Shown here: positions 9,764 through 20,613 of the stretch, one piece after another
Layout of the letters: each line of letters opens with the position of its first letter
How positions within the stretch are numbered: the first letter of the stretch is position 1
NCBI GenBank assembly: GCA_963798485.1
Contig: CAWCTR010000007.1
Coordinates: 416,001-480,000, forward strand
DNA from: an uncultured delta proteobacterium
GTDB taxonomy: Bacteria > Desulfobacterota > Desulfomonilia > UBA1062
Length of the DNA: 64,000 nt
Reading direction: 5' to 3'
Program-made: the position numbers and the translations under genes
The notes under the pieces: model-generated
Told to the model about the DNA's origin: nothing
What the model saw: the letters and a program-made list of their open reading frames with translations, nothing else
The model's database searches: none

Positions 9764-10452
9764 GGCTTCCCTATCGTCGTTCCACACAAGACGAGGCGGA
9801 AAAGCCCTTCTGGATATCGTTTTCCGATATGATGACGGCGCTCATGGTGCTTTTTCTGGTGGTCATGACCGTGACGCTCCTTGCGATCACCCATACGATC
9901 TCACAGGCCGAGCGCATGAAGACAGTAAGGGATGCAGAGATCAACAAGCTCATGGCCAAGATACGGGAGGCTTCACAAGATTTCCCCGGCATCACCCTTA
10001 AGGGCAGTACCATCGACTTCGGCGACCAAGCCCGCTTCGACACCGACAGCTACCGCCTTAACCGTGAGCAGGCGCAGCATTTAAGGGCCTTTGTGCCCAG
10101 TGTATTGAAGATAGCCCGGGATCCTTTGGGCAAAAAGTGGCTGAAGCGGGTCGTGGTGGAAGGATACGCAGACCAGCGGGGGACGTATCTGCATAACCTC
10201 GACCTGAGCATGCAGCGTTCCGAAAGGGTGTTGTGCGCCTTACTGGCAATGCCGGAACCTCAAGAGAAATCGCTGAGCCCAGAAGACCGGCTGCTCATAG
10301 AGCAGCTCTTCCTGGTCGGTGGGGCATCGTTCAATTCTTTGAAGAAAACCCTGGAAGAGAGCAGGCGGATAGAGCTGAAACTGGAATTCCTAGAGATGGG
10401 AGAAACCAGACCCATGGCGCCTCCTATAAAACTGGCTGCAGACCAGTACTGA
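9751..10452 (+). CDS. zorB: Zorya anti-phage protein B (MotB/OmpA-like)
   Basis: DEAEKPFWISFSDMMTALM with the conserved TM Asp; OmpA-like VEGYAD..NLDLS.QRS..V and SRRIELKL. Confidence 0.9.
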   Translation: MLGLRLPYRRSTQDEAEKPFWISFSDMMTALMVLFLVVMTVTLLAITHTISQAERMKTVRDAEINKLMAKIREASQDFPGITLKGSTIDFGDQARFDTDSYRLNREQAQHLRAFVPSVLKIARDPLGKKWLKRVVVEGYADQRGTYLHNLDLSMQRSERVLCALLAMPEPQEKSLSPEDRLLIEQLFLVGGASFNSLKKTLEESRRIELKLEFLEMGETRPMAPPIKLAADQY

Positions 10453-10466
10453 GAGCTCGATTGACC

Positions 10467-11879
10467 ATGAACGCACTCGATTTATTACGTTTCAAGCTGC
10501 ATCAATCGTTTTCTGCTGCTTTTCATGATGCAACGTGGGGACAGCCAGAACTTATGAGCAAGGTCCTTCAAGAGGTGTGCTGTGCATTTGATACCTCCGC
10601 AGATACCACCTCAAAAAGGTCCATCGGTCATACCCTGTTGTCTTTTCGCGCCTCTGCCAAGCTGCCCACATTTCTAGATCTGAAATATGCGTGCATAGGC
10701 ATTTCCCAGCCGGCTGGAGACGATGGCTGGTGTTTGCTGGAAGATAAGGACCTCTTCGAAATAGTACTGGAGGGCGTAGGCGCCCAGGCGCATAATCCCA
10801 GACGCTTGAGGAAGTGCTACCAGGGCCTTCTGAACGGGTATTTCGACTACAATATATTTGATGTTGGCGTCCCGGAGCAGGGCCGGAAGAATTGGCTGAG
10901 CCTGCGTTCCTTTCTCCATGATCATTTGAGTGTAATTCAGCGGTCCGTGCCCGTGCTCAGCTGGGTAAAGGTTATCGTCAGCCACATAAACCTGCTTGGC
11001 GATAACCCGTGCGACCGCTATGGCGCGGCACTGGCACAGGGCGACTACACGGAATTGAAATCGGTATTCAAGGGCCTCCTCATCCCTAAGAATTCGTGGA
11101 TCTGGGAGGTCATAGTCCTGGCGCGCATCAGGGCCATATGCAGTTTCACGGATGAAGAATTCAAGGAACAGCTTGCACCGTCTCTCGTCATGGCAACCCA
11201 AAACTCGGGCATTCTACTCTCCGAGATACTGAAAAAGAAATGTCTCGCGCAGCTCATAGGCCGTTATGCACGGTGTGCAACAAGACCGGAAAATGCCTTG
11301 CTTTGTGATTCAGCTATAACAATACTGGGAAACCCATGGGTCAACCGGGCGGCATGGGATGCACATGTACACGATGATATCGCGAGAACCATGATCGAGA
11401 GCTGGCTGAAACGCCGGTTGATCACTGATTATTTCCACCTGCTCAGCCGGGACAGATCGGTGGATATGAAGCGCCTTAAGTACTGGCTGCATTTCATCCC
11501 CAAGATAGAAGACATGTGGTTTGCGCTGGGTCCCTATGCATTGAACCACCCCGGGGCGGTCTTCAAAGATTTCCGGGAGATAGCAAAAGACCGCATCCTG
11601 GCGCTTGAAAGCCCGGGCGGTGATGAAGACAACGCACTCATCATGCGTATTGACGACTATGTCTTTGTGGAGTTCGGCTCAACAGAAAACTCCTGTCTGG
11701 TCTTCAAGAGCAACGACCTGCCGTTTGATCTGGACAAGAAGTGGATCTATATCGGCGCCAAAGCAGGTTCAGGGCTGCCTCACAGGCTTAAGATGAAGCA
11801 TTCGTTGCGAAAAAACAGCACCCTCACACATCCCATAGCCGACCCGTCAACGAGGGGCACCAATAAAAGATTCACCTAA
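10467..11879 (+). CDS. zorC: Zorya protein C (EH-signature domain), C-terminus possibly truncated
   Basis: Directly downstream of zorB; GNPW..W, WLKRRLI.D.F.LL, RLKYW, NALIMRI..YVFVEFG...N motifs. Start moved to ATG 10467. Confidence 0.8.
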   Translation: MNALDLLRFKLHQSFSAAFHDATWGQPELMSKVLQEVCCAFDTSADTTSKRSIGHTLLSFRASAKLPTFLDLKYACIGISQPAGDDGWCLLEDKDLFEIVLEGVGAQAHNPRRLRKCYQGLLNGYFDYNIFDVGVPEQGRKNWLSLRSFLHDHLSVIQRSVPVLSWVKVIVSHINLLGDNPCDRYGAALAQGDYTELKSVFKGLLIPKNSWIWEVIVLARIRAICSFTDEEFKEQLAPSLVMATQNSGILLSEILKKKCLAQLIGRYARCATRPENALLCDSAITILGNPWVNRAAWDAHVHDDIARTMIESWLKRRLITDYFHLLSRDRSVDMKRLKYWLHFIPKIEDMWFALGPYALNHPGAVFKDFREIAKDRILALESPGGDEDNALIMRIDDYVFVEFGSTENSCLVFKSNDLPFDLDKKWIYIGAKAGSGLPHRLKMKHSLRKNSTLTHPIADPSTRGTNKRFT

Positions 11880-12046
11880 ACGGAAATATTGATCAGTCCC
11901 GGTATCTTGTTTGCGCTGATACTCACGTTTCCCTGCTGGTTGTATTGGGTGACAGCCTGCAGCTTGTTTGTTGAATTATATGTCAAGTTTCAAGACACCT
12001 CACTCTTCCTTGAATGGAACCTTCGGGTGCCGTATAACCAGGCATC

Positions 12047-12074
12047 TTGACAAAGGCCTGAGGCTGCTTATCAT
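12047..12074 (+). promoter_or_regulatory. Putative sigma70 promoter of the DJ-1/PfpI gene
   Basis: TTGACA-16 nt-TATCAT; AGGAGG RBS follows. Confidence 0.55.
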
Positions 12075-12125
12075 AAGCTGCGTATTTCCGGTTGAATATG
12101 GATTACACCGCTAGGAGGGTCGATC

Positions 12126-12995
12126 ATGCAAAACCACCAACTTGCCACTGTCATAATACCACTGCCAAACCACGATTTCGATCCGACAGAGGCAGCGGTG
12201 AGCTGGAAGGTCCTCAAAGGGTACGGCCACAGGGTCCTCTTTGCAACCCCTGATGGGAACAGGGCTTATGGAGACCCCCACATGCTCACCGGTGAAGGGC
12301 TCGACCTGTGGGGTTTTATCCCTGGGCTGAAGAAAATCAGGATGCTCGGTCTTATGCTGCGGGCTAACGCTGAGGCACGTAAGGCCTATGCGATGATGGA
12401 GCAAGACCCTGATTTCCTCAAACCGATGTCATATCAGGACCTGGAAACCGATTTATTTGACGGCTTACTTTTACCAGGTGGTCACTATGCCCGCGGCATG
12501 AGGCGTTATCTGGAAGCCCCGATCCTCCATGCCTTTGTCGGTGCCTTCTTCGATAGTGCAAAACCCGTGGGCGCTATCTGCCACGGCGTGGTAGTTGCCG
12601 CCCGCAGTCTTTCGCCAAAAACCGGCAAATCAGTGCTTTATGGCCGCAAGACCACTGCGCTCACCTGGCAATTGGAAAAAATGGCATGGTCGTTGATGCG
12701 TATTGCCGGCCGTATATGGGACCCGGATTATTATCGTACATATCCGGAAGAACCTGGAGAACCTGTGGGTTACCGGAGTGTACAGGCAGAGGTTACACGC
12801 GCCCTCGAACAGCCGGATGACTTCCTGGATGTGCCGAAAACCACACCGTACTATTTCCTTAAGACAAGCGGCATGTTCCGTGATTCGGATTCAGATGGCC
12901 GGCCTGCCTGGGTAGTAAAAGACGGATCATATGTTTCCGCACGATGGCCGGGTGACGTGCATGCATTTGCACGAACCTTCTCTTCAATCCTGTAA
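12126..12995 (+). CDS. DJ-1/PfpI (class I glutamine amidotransferase-like) protein
   Basis: DFDPTE, LLLPGGH, GAICHG nucleophile elbow, SARWPGD. Confidence 0.85.
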   Translation: MQNHQLATVIIPLPNHDFDPTEAAVSWKVLKGYGHRVLFATPDGNRAYGDPHMLTGEGLDLWGFIPGLKKIRMLGLMLRANAEARKAYAMMEQDPDFLKPMSYQDLETDLFDGLLLPGGHYARGMRRYLEAPILHAFVGAFFDSAKPVGAICHGVVVAARSLSPKTGKSVLYGRKTTALTWQLEKMAWSLMRIAGRIWDPDYYRTYPEEPGEPVGYRSVQAEVTRALEQPDDFLDVPKTTPYYFLKTSGMFRDSDSDGRPAWVVKDGSYVSARWPGDVHAFARTFSSIL

Positions 12996-13035
12996 GGTCT
13001 ATTACCCAAAAAGTGAATCATAACATATTCAAAAA

Positions 13036-13113
13036 AGAGATTCTTCACTTCGTTCAGAATGACATGAATTATTATGAGATAGGGTGTCATCCTGAGCGCA
13101 GCGAAGGATCTCT
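13036..13113. repeat. REP-like imperfect inverted repeat pair
   Basis: AGAGATTCTTCACTTCGTTCAGAATGACA ...20 nt... TGTCATCCTGAGCGCAGCGAAGGATCTCT, between convergent genes. Confidence 0.75.
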
Positions 13114-13164
13114 TAGTCTTCGTATCCTTTGAGCAACAACCGTTAAAGAGCTGACCCGCCCCTG

Positions 13165-13353
13165 TTATGCCGCCCTTTCATGGAAAAAGCGCATCAGGAA
13201 CTCCGCATCGGACGGGGAAAGGTTGAATTCAAAGATAGCCTGATTCAAAAGTTTCTGGACCGGCCGGCCGGCGTTATTCTCAAGATGCCCTGATATCCAC
13301 TTTATGGCATTCTTTATTTCTTCTCTCTCATATCTTTCAGTTATCGTTTTCAT
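13165..13353 (-). CDS. Small hypothetical protein
   Basis: GAGG RBS; AIKWIS...FNLSP.DAEFL pattern familiar from small deltaproteobacterial proteins. Confidence 0.6.
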   Translation of the reverse strand: MKTITERYEREEIKNAIKWISGHLENNAGRPVQKLLNQAIFEFNLSPSDAEFLMRFFHERAA

Positions 13354-13452
13354 AACAATACCTCGCTTTGAGTATGTCATTCATATCTCTCAATTAGTTT
13401 CTCTCTATTTTGGATGATCTCTTCATGGAAGAGATGCATCTGAGGGACTATT

Positions 13453-14208
13453 TCAGCCGAGAAAACCGAAGTACCAGTCAATGATTTGTTGGCCCCAGAA
13501 CACGTAGATCAGGGCGCCAAGGGCCAAAAACGGCCCGAAGGGGATGGCGGCCTTGAGGGTACCTTTCTTGATGAGACCGTAGGGGATGCCCACTATGGTT
13601 CCCATGAGCGATGAGGCAAACACCGTGAAGAGAACGCCCTGCCAGCCCGTGAAGACCCCGATCATGGCGAGCAGCTTCACATCGCCGCCGCCCATGCCCT
13701 CTTTCTTGGTGAGAAAATAATAACCATAGATGATTGCCAGGAGCAACCCACCCCCTAAGACGAGCCCGAAAAGGGCGTCTTTGTAGGTCACGGGCAGCCA
13801 GTATACGACCAGGAGCCCCGCTACGATGCCGCCAAGCGACAGCCTGTCAGGGATGATCTGGATATCGAGGTCAATGAAGGTGATAATGAGCAGGACGCAG
13901 GTCCAGAGGTAATAGATCAGGAAGGGGACACTCGGGCCGAACCGGTACAGCAGGCTCACCGCGAGCAGGCCGCTTAGGAGCTCCACCACCGGATACCGGA
14001 CCGATATGGGCTCGGAGCAATTCCTGCACTTACCCTTTAAGATGAGATAGCTGATAACGGGTATGTTATCCCAGGGTTTGATGGGGGTCCCGCACTTCGG
14101 GCAGTGTGATGCCGGCCACACCACGGACTCATCGCGCGCGATCCTGTATATGCATACATTGAGGAAACTCCCGATAAAGAGCCCGAAGAGCGCTGCGATG
14201 AATACCAT
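13453..14208 (-). CDS. pilD: Prepilin peptidase / N-methyltransferase
   Basis: GSFLNVCIYR, CPKC...CRNC, FIDLD, GMGGGDVKL, IPFGPFL. Confidence 0.95.
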   Translation of the reverse strand: MVFIAALFGLFIGSFLNVCIYRIARDESVVWPASHCPKCGTPIKPWDNIPVISYLILKGKCRNCSEPISVRYPVVELLSGLLAVSLLYRFGPSVPFLIYYLWTCVLLIITFIDLDIQIIPDRLSLGGIVAGLLVVYWLPVTYKDALFGLVLGGGLLLAIIYGYYFLTKKEGMGGGDVKLLAMIGVFTGWQGVLFTVFASSLMGTIVGIPYGLIKKGTLKAAIPFGPFLALGALIYVFWGQQIIDWYFGFLG

Positions 14209-14209
14209 A

Positions 14210-14635
14210 TCAGCTCGTGAGCTCACCCCTCTTGAAGCGGAGCACCTCCCCGTACAGGGTGGAAGATACCTCGTTCATGATGCCTTTGATCGGGTCGTTA
14301 TCCGCTATGAAGGATGCGGCGTTATCCACCTTGGTCTTCATGGCATCAAGCTGGTCCACCATGGGTGAGAGGGCCTTGAGGTTCATATTCGGATCGGATA
14401 CGGCCTTTGAATAGCGCTCAAGGAGCTCAACGGCTTCTTCACTGGCGCTCACCGCACTGAGCTTGACCGGGCTGACCGGGTTCATCTGAAGCTGGGTTCC
14501 AACCGATCCGGCATTGTTCACAGACCCGGTTTCAATCCCTTTGAGGAGGTCTTCAAAAACCCCGCCTCCTCCACCTTGAGGTTTTGTCTGGGGCACTGGA
14601 ACAGAACCTATAGTCATATTCGGATTAATCTTCAT
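14210..14635 (-). CDS. Hypothetical protein, probably co-transcribed with pilD
   Basis: AGGAGG RBS before ATG 14635; stop abuts the pilD start. Confidence 0.7.
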   Translation of the reverse strand: MKINPNMTIGSVPVPQTKPQGGGGGVFEDLLKGIETGSVNNAGSVGTQLQMNPVSPVKLSAVSASEEAVELLERYSKAVSDPNMNLKALSPMVDQLDAMKTKVDNAASFIADNDPIKGIMNEVSSTLYGEVLRFKRGELTS

Positions 14636-14657
14636 ACATGCCTCCTGGCCATAGGTA

Positions 14658-14673
14658 AGCAAGGAAGATGCCA
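14658..14673 (-). promoter_or_regulatory. sigma54 (-24/-12) promoter
   Basis: Minus strand TGGCATCTTCCTTGCT = GG-N10-GC, just upstream of the RBS. Confidence 0.75.
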
Positions 14674-14758
14674 GATCCCTTTTCCCTGGCCATCACCACA
14701 AAGGCGTAACGTAAACGGGAATTTTATTCCATCTTGAAGGGAAAAATAATCCATGCCT

Positions 14759-15691
14759 TCACGACGGAGGTACGAGCCTCTGGATGAATGCCGAGCGTGC
14801 CTTGAGGACCTCATCAATGGGCATCTTGACAAGCTCGTGCACGTACCCACGCACTGCCTTACAAACCTCCTCGATGACGCGGACCGGGTCATTGTGCGCC
14901 CCGCCTGTCGGTTCCTTGACGAGATAGTCCACAATGCCATAGCTGAAGAGGTCCCGGCCGCTGCCTCGCAGGGTCTCTGCGGCCTTCTCCTTCTTTGAGG
15001 AATCGCCATAGATGATGGAGGAAAATCCCTCGGGACTGATGGCACTGTAGAAAGAGTTCTCGAGCATGATGATCTTGTCGCCGAAGCCGATCGCCAGGGC
15101 GCCCCCTGATCCCGCCTCACCGATGATGCATGCCACTACCGGGGTCTTCACGCAGGCAACCATCTGGATGCACTGGGCAATGGAAAAGGCCTGGCCCCTG
15201 TCTTCCGCCTCGGGTACGGGGTATGCGCCGGGCGTGTCCACAAAGGTGATGACGGGCCTTTTGAATTTCTCGGCGAGCTTGAATAGCTTGATGGCCTTAT
15301 AGTGCCCTGAGGGGCTTGCCATGCCGTAGTGGTACCGCATGTAATCTTTCTTCCCCTCGGATCGTTTCTTGTGGCCTATGACCACTACGGGGATGTCGTC
15401 CAGAAATGCCAGCCCGCCCAAGACGGCAGGGTCGTCTTCATAGATACGGTCACCCTTGAGCTCGGTGAAGTCGGTGAAGAGGTGCGCAATGAATTCATCG
15501 ATACCGGGCCGGTCCGAATGCCTTGAAAGCTCTACACTGCTCCAGCGGGAAATGCCCTCGTAGAGCTCTTTCCTGAAGACCTCCACCTTTCGTTCGATCT
15601 CGGTGATATCGACGCCCTCGAGCTTTGATATGGATTCCTGCAGCCCTTTTAGGGCATTGTCGATGTCAATGAACTTCTCTTTTGATTTCAC
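14759..15691 (-). CDS. accA: Acetyl-CoA carboxylase carboxyltransferase alpha subunit
   Basis: EL.GDR...DD.A, FVDTPGAYP...AE.RGQ, GEAGSGGALA, YSAISPEG, EP.GGAH. Confidence 0.9.
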   Translation of the reverse strand: MKSKEKFIDIDNALKGLQESISKLEGVDITEIERKVEVFRKELYEGISRWSSVELSRHSDRPGIDEFIAHLFTDFTELKGDRIYEDDPAVLGGLAFLDDIPVVVIGHKKRSEGKKDYMRYHYGMASPSGHYKAIKLFKLAEKFKRPVITFVDTPGAYPVPEAEDRGQAFSIAQCIQMVACVKTPVVACIIGEAGSGGALAIGFGDKIIMLENSFYSAISPEGFSSIIYGDSSKKEKAAETLRGSGRDLFSYGIVDYLVKEPTGGAHNDPVRVIEEVCKAVRGYVHELVKMPIDEVLKARSAFIQRLVPPS

Positions 15692-18600
15692 TGGAGTTCA
15701 ACCCCCTTTGCGCCTACGATTTCGGAGAGTCTGTAGAGGAAATCCCTCACCGGTGAGACCATATATTCCTTTCCTGCGTCGATATTGACGAATGCGGCAT
15801 CGGTTTCCACCTCAAAACAAAGCGAGCACGACCCTTTGCTGCCCATGACCGCCATCTTCAGCGCACCCAGTGCCTCACCCTTCAAGGTCGAGGGCACCCG
15901 GACGATAATTCGCTTTGCCAGCACCATCTCGGCACCATCGAGCGGCATGACCTCCTCGGCTACGAGGTCAATACTCTGCACGTCCGACTCCCCGGCACCG
16001 TTTTCCTCATTCCGGTTGATCCTTGCCTTTATAATCACTGGTTCATCAGAGGCAATCAATGCCTGATACTTGCCATAACACTGGGGGAAAAAGAGGATCG
16101 CAGCCGATCCATCAAGGTCTTCGAACACGCCCCGTGCCATGGCCTCACCCTTCTTGGTCCTGGTCACGTTTATCGCACTTATGACACCGGCGAGCACCAC
16201 TGAATTGGGGGCGTCCCTGAGCGTCAAGGTCGTGGCCGTGGCGTACTTGTCGATGAGGTCCGCGTACTTGTTCAGCGGGTGTCCCGAAAGGTAGAACCCC
16301 ATCCCGTCCTTTTCCATCTTGAGCCTTTCAGCCTCAGGCCAGTCGGGGATGTCGGGCATGACAAAAGGCTTGCTGATATCGACCTCAGAGAATTCCTCGA
16401 GACTGAACAAGGTGCACTGGGCGTCATTCCTGCTGCGCGCTAACCGCTGGGCCTGGTCAAGGAGGGCGTCGAGCACCTCGAACATGGCCCTGCGATTTGT
16501 GTGCAGCCTGTCGAATGCGCCTGCCTTGATGAGTGATTCAACTACCCGCCTGTTTACCTTGGATAGCGCTATCCTGTTCAGGAACGAGGAGATATCCTTG
16601 AAGGGGCCGTTCGCGCAAAGTTCCGCAAGGACCGCCTCCACCGCCCCCCTTCCCACATTCTTGATGGCGCCAAGACCGAACCGGATTCCCTCTTGTGTGA
16701 CCACGAACTCGAAGCTGCTCTGGTTGATGTCCGGCGGCAGGACTGCAACACCACGCCTCCTGCATTCGGCAATATGCTGCGATACCTTGTCCGTATTGCT
16801 CAGGTCGAGCGTCAGGTTTGCGGCCATGAATTCCTTGAAGTGGTGCGCCTTCAGATAGGCGGTCTGGTAGGCCACCAGGGCGTATGCCGCTGCATGAGAC
16901 TTGTTGAACCCGTAATCGGCGAATTTTTCCATAAGATCGAAGATCTCAATGGCCTTGTCCTTGTCCACACCTCTTTCAACAGCACCTTCGGTAAAGATCT
17001 CGCGCTGCTTGGCCATCTCTTCGCGGATCTTCTTGCCCATGGCGCGCCTCAAAAGGTCGGCCTTGCCGAGCGAGTAGCCGGCCATCTCCTGGGCGATCTG
17101 CATAACCTGCTCCTGGTAGACGATGATGCCGTAGGTCTCTTTCAGGATCTTTTCCAGCAGAGGGTGGGGATAGTCGATGACCTGCCTTTCGTGCCTGCGA
17201 TCGACATAGGAAGGGATAAGGTCCATGGGTCCCGGACGATAGAGGGCCACTGCCGCGATGATGTCCTCGAACTTGTCGGGCTTGAGCTGCCTGAGCATAC
17301 CCTTCATGCCGGAGCTTTCAAGCTGGAACACGCTCGACGTGTCGCCATCGCCTATGAGCTGGTAGGTTGACCTGTCATCGAGGGGGATACCGGTGATATC
17401 AAGATTGATGCCTTGCGAGCGCAGGATCTCGATGGTCTTGGCGATTACCGTCAGCGTCTTGAGGCCCAGCATATCAAACTTGATGAGGCCGACCCTCTCG
17501 ATGCGCTTCATGTCGTACTGGCTGATGAGCATGCCCTTCTTGTCGACATACACAGGCACATGATCGGTTAAAGGCCTGTCATCCGAGATGATGACGCCGC
17601 CCGCATGCACCGATGCGTGCCTGCTTAAGCCCTCCAAAGCCTTGGCTATCTCTATGAGTTGGGCAACCGCCGGGTCCGTGTCCACAAGCTCTTTCAGCCT
17701 CGGCTCTGCCGAGACGGCCTCCTCGAGGGTGATGTTCAGGTCAGCCGGGATGAGCTTGGCGATCTTGTCCACCTCGGCATAGCCCATGCCCATGACCCGG
17801 CCAACATCCCTGATGACGGCCTTTGCCTTCATGTTTCCGAAGGTGGTGATCTGGCTCACGTATTCAGGGCCATACCTGTTCTTGACGTACTCGATCACCT
17901 CGTCCCTGCGGTTTTGGCAGAAGTCCACATCGATATCCGGCATGCTCCTGCGCTCAGGGTTTAAAAAACGCTCGAACAGGAGGTTCCACCTTATGGGGTC
18001 GATGTCGGTGATCTTGAGGCTGTAGGCAGCCAGCGACCCTGCTGCGCTGCCACGGCCGGGCCCTACCGGGATATCATGATCCTTGGCATACTGGATGTAA
18101 TCGGCCACAATGAGGAAGTAGCCGGCAAACCCCATGGATTTGATGATCTCGAGCTCTTCTGCGAGCCTCTTTCTATAGCCCTCGGGGATACTATCCCCCA
18201 TCCTCGCCTTCAGCCCCTCCCAGGACTTTTCCTCGATGACCTGCTCCAGGCTTTTATCAGCCCCTATGGGATAAACCGGGAAACAAAAGACATCCTTGGG
18301 GATCTCAATGTTACAGAGGCCGGCGATCTCGGAAGTAACATCCACTGCCTCGGGGACCCACGAAAAGCTTTTGGACATCTCGTCAGGGCTCTTGAGATAG
18401 AGCTGGTCGGTCTCGAAACTCATCCGCCCCTTGTCATGGATAGTGCTCTGGGTCTGGATGCATAGGAGGACCTCATGGGCCTTGGCATCAGAGCTCTTGA
18501 GATAATGGCAGTCGTTTGTGGCCGCAACAGGGACACCGTGACGCCTGCCCAGGTCTACGATTAATGGGTTGACCTTATCCTGGTCGGGTAGTTGGTTGTG

Positions 18601-19125
18601 CTGAATCTCAAGGTAAAACCGGCCCTCAAAGACCTTCCGGTAGAAATCCAGGGCCTCCAGCGCCCTGTCCTCGTTATCGCGGAGCAGCCAGTAAGGGATC
18701 TCACCTTGGAGGCAGGCGGAAAGTCCGATAAGCCCTCCACTCAACTCTGTAAGCGTTCGCTTGTCCACCCTGGGCTTGTAGTAGAACCCCTTGGTATGCG
18801 CAAGCGAGGTGAGCTTCATGAGGTTGCGATAGCCCTGGTTATCCTTTGCCAGTAAGATGAGGTGGTAGTGCTTGGGCATCCCGGGGATGAGTTCCCTGCT
18901 GGCCATATCGCCCGGGCTGACATAGACCTCGCAGCCGATAATGGGCTTTATGCCCGCCTTGATGGCCTTGTCGTAAAACTCTAACGCGCCGTACATGACG
19001 CCGTGATCGGTAATGGCTACTGCGTCCTGGCCGAAGGACTTGGTGGTTTTTATGAGGTCGTCGATCCTGATGGCCCCATCCAAGAGGCTGTACTGGGTGT
19101 GACAGTGGAGATGGACGAACCCCAT
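15688..19125 (-). CDS. dnaE: DNA polymerase III alpha subunit
   Basis: FVHLHCHTQYSLLDG, GPGRGSAAGS, PDIDVDF, YGFNKSHAAAY. Confidence 0.98.
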   Translation of the reverse strand: MGFVHLHCHTQYSLLDGAIRIDDLIKTTKSFGQDAVAITDHGVMYGALEFYDKAIKAGIKPIIGCEVYVSPGDMASRELIPGMPKHYHLILLAKDNQGYRNLMKLTSLAHTKGFYYKPRVDKRTLTELSGGLIGLSACLQGEIPYWLLRDNEDRALEALDFYRKVFEGRFYLEIQHNQLPDQDKVNPLIVDLGRRHGVPVAATNDCHYLKSSDAKAHEVLLCIQTQSTIHDKGRMSFETDQLYLKSPDEMSKSFSWVPEAVDVTSEIAGLCNIEIPKDVFCFPVYPIGADKSLEQVIEEKSWEGLKARMGDSIPEGYRKRLAEELEIIKSMGFAGYFLIVADYIQYAKDHDIPVGPGRGSAAGSLAAYSLKITDIDPIRWNLLFERFLNPERRSMPDIDVDFCQNRRDEVIEYVKNRYGPEYVSQITTFGNMKAKAVIRDVGRVMGMGYAEVDKIAKLIPADLNITLEEAVSAEPRLKELVDTDPAVAQLIEIAKALEGLSRHASVHAGGVIISDDRPLTDHVPVYVDKKGMLISQYDMKRIERVGLIKFDMLGLKTLTVIAKTIEILRSQGINLDITGIPLDDRSTYQLIGDGDTSSVFQLESSGMKGMLRQLKPDKFEDIIAAVALYRPGPMDLIPSYVDRRHERQVIDYPHPLLEKILKETYGIIVYQEQVMQIAQEMAGYSLGKADLLRRAMGKKIREEMAKQREIFTEGAVERGVDKDKAIEIFDLMEKFADYGFNKSHAAAYALVAYQTAYLKAHHFKEFMAANLTLDLSNTDKVSQHIAECRRRGVAVLPPDINQSSFEFVVTQEGIRFGLGAIKNVGRGAVEAVLAELCANGPFKDISSFLNRIALSKVNRRVVESLIKAGAFDRLHTNRRAMFEVLDALLDQAQRLARSRNDAQCTLFSLEEFSEVDISKPFVMPDIPDWPEAERLKMEKDGMGFYLSGHPLNKYADLIDKYATATTLTLRDAPNSVVLAGVISAINVTRTKKGEAMARGVFEDLDGSAAILFFPQCYGKYQALIASDEPVIIKARINRNEENGAGESDVQSIDLVAEEVMPLDGAEMVLAKRIIVRVPSTLKGEALGALKMAVMGSKGSCSLCFEVETDAAFVNIDAGKEYMVSPVRDFLYRLSEIVGAKGVELQ

Positions 19126-19134
19126 CAAAAGGCC

Positions 19135-20613
<1,479 letters not shown>

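Noticed and set aside
10233-10466. N-terminal extension of zorC; similar extensions on amidase, rpsA and nrpR
   Set aside because: They overlap upstream genes or regulatory DNA, and better internal ATG starts exist.
12126-12995. DJ-1/PfpI gene as the fourth Zorya gene
   Set aside because: It lies about 250 bp downstream with its own TTGACA/TATCAT promoter and RBS, and it is an ordinary family with no nuclease features. It cannot be excluded without neighbourhood data.
12851-13090. 79-aa minus-strand ORF containing VILNEVKNL
   Set aside because: It is a translation of the REP-like repeat and overlaps the DJ-1 gene end.
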